A DNA stretch of 63,617 bases, filler included, from Nemertoderma westbladi (lineage: Eukaryota > Animalia > Xenacoelomorpha), in NCBI GenBank assembly GCA_032718475.1. It is 3 parts of 3 records of this genome, joined end to end, with 100 filler letters (N's around TTAATTAATTAA, not from the genome) between each part and the next. Parts side by side here need not be neighbours in the genome. Positions count along the whole stretch, not along the records: positions 51,569 to 63,617 come from JAUCBJ010000274.1; 2 more parts are not named here. One strand, given 5' to 3'. A program made the translations under genes and the position numbers. Positions 57,501-63,617 of this stretch are shown in pieces. Within the stretch, counting starts at the first letter, position 1. Each line of letters starts with the position of its first letter. Below the pieces are notes generated by a model. The model saw only the letters and a list, made by a program, of their open reading frames with translations. It did no database searches and was not told where the DNA came from.

Positions 57501-59682
57501 CATAAACAACCTATTTGGGACAAATTTATATTAAAGCTATGATAGTGGATTCTATATTCTTTTGAGTATTCCATTACATTTAGAAAATATATTTGAAATC
57601 ATTATAAGCAATTCACACCCTATACGGGACACAAACATCCTATATGGGACAAAAAACAACCTATTTGGGACAAATTGAAATTAAAGCTATAGTAGTGAAT
57701 TCTATTTTCTTTTGAGTATTCCATGAGATTTAGAAACTATTTAAAATCATTTTGAGAAAGTCACACGCTATTTGGGACACAAACACCCTATATGGGACAT
57801 AAACACCCTATATGGGCCAAAAACAACCTATTTGGGACAAATTGAAATTAAAGCTATGGTATTGAATTCTATATTCTTTTAAGTATTCCCCTACATTTAG
57901 AAACTATTTGAAATCATTATAAGCAATACACACGCTATACGGGACACAAACACCCTATATGGGACACAAACACCCTATATGGGACATAAACAACCTATTT
58001 GGGACAAATTTAAATTAAAGCTATGATAGTGGATTCTATATTCTTTGATATTCCATTACATTTAGAAAATATATTTGAAATCATTATAAGCAATTCACAC
58101 CCTATACGGGACACAAACAGCCTATATGGGACAAAAACAACCTATTTGGGACAAATTGAAATTAAAGCTATAGTAGTGAATTCTATATTCTTTTGAGTAT
58201 TCCATGAGATTTAGAAACTATTTAAAATCATTTTGAGAAAGTCACACGCTATTTGGGACACAAACACCCTATACGGGACATAAACACCCTATATGGAAAA
58301 AACAACCTATTTGGGACAAATTGAAATTAAAGCTATGATAGTGAATTCTATATTATATTTATTATTCCATAACATTTAGAAACTACTTGAAATTATTATA
58401 AGCAATTCACACCCTATACGGGACAGAAACACCCTATATGGGACAAAAACAACCTATTTGGGACAAATTTAAATTAAAGCTATGATAGTGAATTATATTT
58501 GCTTTTGACTATTCCATTATATTTATAAACTATGTAAAATAATTTTGAGAAAGTCACACGCAATTTGGGACACAAACACCCTATATGGGACACAAACACC
58601 CTATATGGGACATAAACAACCTATTTGGGACAAATTTAAATTAAAGCTATGATAGTGGATTCTATATTCTTTTGAGTATTCCGTTACATTTAGAAAATAT
58701 ATTTGAAATCATTATAAGCAATTCACACCCTATACGGGACACAAACACCCTATATGGGACACAAACAACCTATTTGGGACAAATTTAAATGAAAGCTATG
58801 ATAGTGAATGCTATATTCTTTTGAGTATTCCATTACATTTCGAAACTATTTGAAATCATTATAAGCACTTCACACCATATACTGGACACAAACACCCTAT
58901 ATGGGACACAAACAACCTATTTGGGACAAATTTAAATTAAAGCTATGATTATGAAGTCGATATTCTTTTCAGTATTCCTTTACATTTATAAACTATTTGA
59001 AATAATTTTGATAAAGCTACAGGCTATTTTGGACAAAATCAACCTATATGGGACACAAACACCCTATATGGGACACTAACAACCTATTTGAGTCAAATTT
59101 AAGACTTATTAAGGACTATTTGGGATGAAGTTGTGTCCGGGGGAGGAGGTTGCGATATCACTAATTTGATTGTCATTTAATTATTAATATACGAATGTAT
59201 TTAGATTTATTATAAGTGAATAAATTGCACCACATGAATAAATTGCACAATGAATAAATTGCACAATGAATAAATTGCACAACATGAATAAATTGCACAA
59301 TATGAATAAATTGTACAACATGAAATTAAATAACGTGACTATGATGACACTATAGCCTATAATGCATCACAGTCTTACAGGCCATTTGCAAGGCACCCAC
59401 AGTATATCTTTAACCATAACTAGGGAACAAGTATTCCAAATGCCCTTAATTAGAATGGGAATTTCCACTGTACATATACCTCAACCTGCTCTTGTCCCAA
59501 ATACGTTGCTCTGTCCAGTATAGGTTGTTATAATGAGCCCTGGATTCGTAGTTGACACTTGGATTATATATCAGTGGAATTTTCCATTAACCTTTACATT
59601 ATATAGCCAATAAGGGAGATGCCTAACTTGAGGAATGTTGGTATTGGTCCGATGAAGAGGAGTTGGCTCATATGATGATTTG
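54575..59682. mobile_element. Foldback-type element: ~5.1-kb palindrome with internal satellite arms
   Basis: 54575-55180 is the reverse complement of about 59070-59682; inner ~120-140-bp units with 20-bp GTCCCATATAGGGTGTTTGT subrepeats flip orientation near 57400; no ORF. Confidence 0.9.
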
Positions 59683-59839
59683 ATTGGATGCCCCTATATT
59701 GGACAGGTTGGAAATCATTACACAACGTATTTGGGACAGGTAGGAATAATAGAAAGCCCCATAGAAGTGAAGGGAAACACCCTATTCTGGACAATGATGT
59801 AGATACTATTGTAGTATTCTGTAGTATAGTAGTCCTTGT

Positions 59840-60795
59840 TAAAACCTAATTTTTAAAAAAACAAAATTTGGTTTTTTCTTTAATTGAATAAAACCTTATA
59901 AAACCTAATAAAACCTAAAAAAACCTAATAAAACCTAAATTTTCATACAAAAATTAAGAAATTTTTCGAGAACCAATGACTTAATTGCTGTTTTGAAGGT
60001 TGTAACACCCACTAAATCGACCATTGCGGTTTCATTGCGCCTATTCTCAAGTCTGTGAAGCAATTGCAAGTATGACTTATTAACTTATGATAATCTCACC
60101 AAACTATGGCAAAACTATCGTACACGTACAGTACTGCGTACTGCAGTTAGCCCCAAGACTGCAAGACATTACAGAAGGGTGTTTTTATTCTTTTTATGGG
60201 TGTAACTCGAAAAATCAACCCTCATCACCGATGGAATAAAAACTTTCACCGCCGGGATTACATTTTTTAAAAACATTTTAAGTGATTACATTTGCAAATT
60301 AGGTGAAATACTACAGGAATTTATTAGACTGTTAGATGTATTAAATTACCGCTATAGGCCTATGTCATAATTATTATACAATGGAATACCAGTACCGGTA
60401 ATGGATTCCAATTCCATATTTATCAGTATTTCCAAACCAACTCCAAAAGTTGAATTTTACAAATTTGAATTTTAAACCCTTCTCCAAAAGTTCAATTTTA
60501 AAAAATAAAGTTTAAATTTCAACTCAGTTGTAAATAGAACTCCCCGACTGGTTAATCTGCAATCTGCTAATGTCTAATCGAACCGTCTTTGAAGGTCTAG
60601 CACTCTAGCACACAACGAAATGCTGAAATGTGAGGTTTTTCCGCCATACCCAATAATTAGGCCAACGGATTGCACTCTCGTGGCAGACTGGAATAAAACC
60701 CAATAAAACCTAATAAAACCTAATAATTTTTACACTAGGTTTTTTATTAAAACCTAATAATAAAACCTAATATTAAAACCTAATTTCCATCCCTG
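59840..60795. mobile_element. Partial hAT-like MITE
   Basis: Right end reads CAGGGATGGAA on minus; AAAACCTAAT arrays near both ends; left terminus and TSD not found. Confidence 0.45.
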
Positions 60796-61445
60796 GGTAC
60801 CGGTACTGCAGTGTAGCATGTATGTACTTCAGTACTTAGCAGTATGTCAATGTATGTCATCCTGAATACAGGAACACAACACAACACCACCATTCAGTTA
60901 GGCAGTTCAGTATCACTGTACTGTAGTTGTAGTACTGCAGTACTGCTGTACTGTCAGACTGTTAGTAGGCGCGGCGCATACAGTGCTACAGTCAGGATCT
61001 TGGAGTTGGAATGGTACCGGTAGTCAGGTAGTACAGTAGTGTTGTATCATGGTAGCCGTGCGATAAGTCTGCTTACCGGTACCTCTTCCACGCTTGATCG
61101 TTGAGGGTGACTGGTGAGCGTGACGCTTGGGCACCACGGGCAGACGGGACGGGACGGGAGGCTGGGAGGCTCATGAAATTTAAATAGGTATTCTTGGTGA
61201 AAGGTATTCTTACATTGGCGAAGGAGCAGGTTAGGGCCTACCCCTACAGTGGTATGTTATTCTAACCAAAACAATAGACAACAGACAAGATGAGCACAGG
61301 CAACATTTTCCTTTTAGTCTACTGGTCTGTGTCGGTTGTGGTTGTCGACCTGAGAGGTAGATCCATGTATTGCAGTACTAGTAGAGTAGACTTAGACTTC
61401 CAGTAGGTAGGTATACCACATTCAGACATATCACACGACTGCACG

Positions 61446-61737
61446 ATGAGTCTTCTCGTTTCGTGTCAGAAGTATTTCGCTAATCGCAATTTGTACGCTG
61501 TTCTAAATGTGAAGAAATCCAGCTCCACCAAAGAGATAAAGAAAGCCTACCATAGACTTTCCCTACAATTCCATCCCGATAAAACTGGAAGTACTAGTAA
61601 CCCAGAGCAAGAGTCTTATAATACCGAACGGTTTCAGACCCTAGGTCGTGTTTATGCGTTGCTTAGCAACGATGATCGTCGTAAACTCTATGACGACTGC
61701 GGTGAAGTTGATGATGACGTTGATTTATCAGATGGAG
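61446..61737 (+). CDS. DNAJC9: DNAJC9-like co-chaperone, exon 1 (J domain)
   Basis: LYAVLNV...EIKKAYHRLSLQFHPDK...FQTLGRVYALLS...RKLYDDCG; donor G|GTTGGT at 61738, phase 1. Confidence 0.9.
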
Positions 61738-62658
61738 GTTGGTTGTTCCGTAGCCTACGGTGGTGGCCTGGCTGGAATGTACCAATTAATACATACCGGT
61801 ACATACATCTTACTGCTGTCTTAATCATGTGCGTTTGAGTTCTGAACCATGAGTTTTGTTTTCATTTTTTTTATTCTAATCCTATCATTTTAGGCTTTAA
61901 GTCGGGCAATTTTGTTGGAAATATTTTGTTAGGTTAGGTCTAAAATTAATTCTCGTATTAATTAATAATCATAAAATATACCAACAATTAGGCTTAATAC
62001 TGTACAACATATCATTCCAGTACACGTTGGCTTGGTTTACCAATTAGCTGATTAGCGTGAGTTATTTAAACATTTCAATCAATGTAATTGCAACACCCAT
62101 TACATGGCCGTATTACAATAGCTTAAATTATTTCTTGACTTATACACAAGCCGGCTATTACAACATAAATGTGATTGGCGCAAGTATGAAGAGCTATGCT
62201 CTGATGCTCACCAATTTTTAATTAATTGTTGTACATATGTCTCTTTATTTGAATACCGTACATGAAAATAAAAACATAAATTGTTTCTTATAACTATTAC
62301 TATTACTACACTTGTAAGAAGTTTTTAATATTTGTATTGTTGATAAGAAATTATTATTTAATATTATACTCTAAGTATACTTTAAATCTGACAATTACTT
62401 GAAAATTTAAAGTACTGGAATTTTATCACTCGCTTCGCTCGTGCTAAACCCTCCCAATACTTGAATTCAAAACTAAATACACAGAATATGTTAATATGTT
62501 GTTCACTTTCGTTCGAAATATAAATTTAATTTGCTTTATTTTTTAGATACATTTTATTAATTTATTATTGAATGTTTTAAATTTGTTTCCATATTTCTCC
62601 TACCCCCCCCCCCCCCCCCCCCCTCCCCTTCCTCTATAATTAATTAATTTCATTACAG

Positions 62659-63596
62659 TTGACGACTGGTTGGCCTATTGGCGTCTGCTATTCCCGACTG
62701 TGACAACAAAAGACATTGAAAACTTCGAGATAAAATATAAGAACTCTGAGGATGAACTGCTTGATATAAAAGCGGCTTACAAGGCGAGCGTTGGCGATAT
62801 GGGTGGGGTGCTGGATAGAGTACTGTGTGCGAGCGTGGAGGATGAACCGAGAATAAGGGCGATTATAGACCGGTGCATCGCGGCGGGGGAGATACGGAGC
62901 TACGACGCGTACACCAACGAATCGCAACGATCGAAAGGCGCGCGGTTGAAACGAGCCCAAATGGAGAAACGTGAGTGGGAGCAGGAGATAGGAGAAAGGG
63001 GAGCCGCTGAGGAGTTGGTTGCGAGGATACAGAGGAACGCTGGGATGAGAATGGGGAGTATTATAGAGCGGTTGGAGAATAAATACGCGAAACAGCCTGC
63101 TAAGAAAAAGGCGAAGGTTGATAGATCTAATGGGGGAGGTGGAGGTTCCGCTGTTAAGATAACGGGTTCAGCTGGTAAGGTAACGGGTTCCGCTGGTAAG
63201 GGAACAGGTTCCGCTGTTAAGGTAACGGGTTCCGTTGGTAAGGGAAAGAGTTCCGCTGTTAAGGTAACAGGTTCAGCTGGTAAGGTAACGCGTTCCGCTG
63301 TTAAGGTAACGGGTTCAGCTGGTAAGGTAAGGGGTTCAGCTGGTAAGGGAACGGGTTCCGTTGGGAAGGTAACGGGTTCAGCTGGTAAGGTAACGGATTC
63401 CGTTGGTAAGGGAACGGGTTCCGCTGGCAAGGGAACGGGTTCCGCTGGTAAGGGAACGGGTTCCGCTGGTAAGGGAACGGGTTCCGCTGGTAGGGTAACG
63501 GGTCCCGCTGATAAGGGAACCGGTTCCGCTGTTAAGGGAACGGGTTCCACTGGTAGAGCAGTGGGTTCTTCCAAGAAGAAAGGAAAACGGTCGTAG
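62659..63596 (+). CDS. DNAJC9: DNAJC9-like co-chaperone, exon 2
   Basis: Acceptor TTTCATTACAG ends at 62658; splicing gives LSDG-V-DDWLAYWRLLFP, then DIENFEIKYKNSEDE..DIKAAY, DEPRIRAII, LENKYA; 409 aa in total. Confidence 0.9.
63144..63563 (+). repeat. Coding 21-bp tandem repeat, 20 units (GSAGK[V/G]T)
   Basis: In-frame units GGTTCCGCTGGTAAGG(G/T)AACG in exon 2. Confidence 0.95.
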
Positions 63597-63617
63597 AATA
63601 CTTAAATATAAGTACTT

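Noticed and set aside
62900-63574. 224-aa minus-strand ORF
   Set aside because: Antisense shadow of the DNAJC9 21-bp repeat

Overview
AT-rich animal (invertebrate-type) genomic window with two host genes at its ends: an intronless three-domain gelsolin/severin-like gene (4924-6057) and a two-exon DNAJC9-like gene (61446-63596) with a repetitive Gly/Lys/Ser/Thr tail. Between them is a deep nest of mobile elements. The largest is a degenerate BEL/Pao LTR retrotransposon on the minus strand (about 30500-54574), interrupted by three insertions with clean target-site duplications (TSDs): a full-length CR1/L2-group LINE, a 173-bp RTE 3' fragment, and a 5.2-kb nearly palindromic Maverick/Polinton derivative. 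That derivative has AGTAGT...ACTACT ends and a 6-bp TSD, and its only recognisable viral genes are a packaging ATPase and a core-like protein between about 1.8-kb gene-containing inverted arms. The window also holds a non-autonomous Transib with RSS-like 12/22 asymmetric ends, a MULE nested in a MULE, a transposon-type HECT-like ORF, a 5.1-kb foldback palindrome, hAT MITEs, SINE, Sola, RTE and CRE remnants, and Tc1/mariner-type excision footprints that explain three frameshifts. The putative BEL LTR carries an antisense zinc-finger ORF preceded by a G-U-rich RNA hairpin. There are two 100-nt assembly gaps. Family assignments come from motif recognition; no searches were run.
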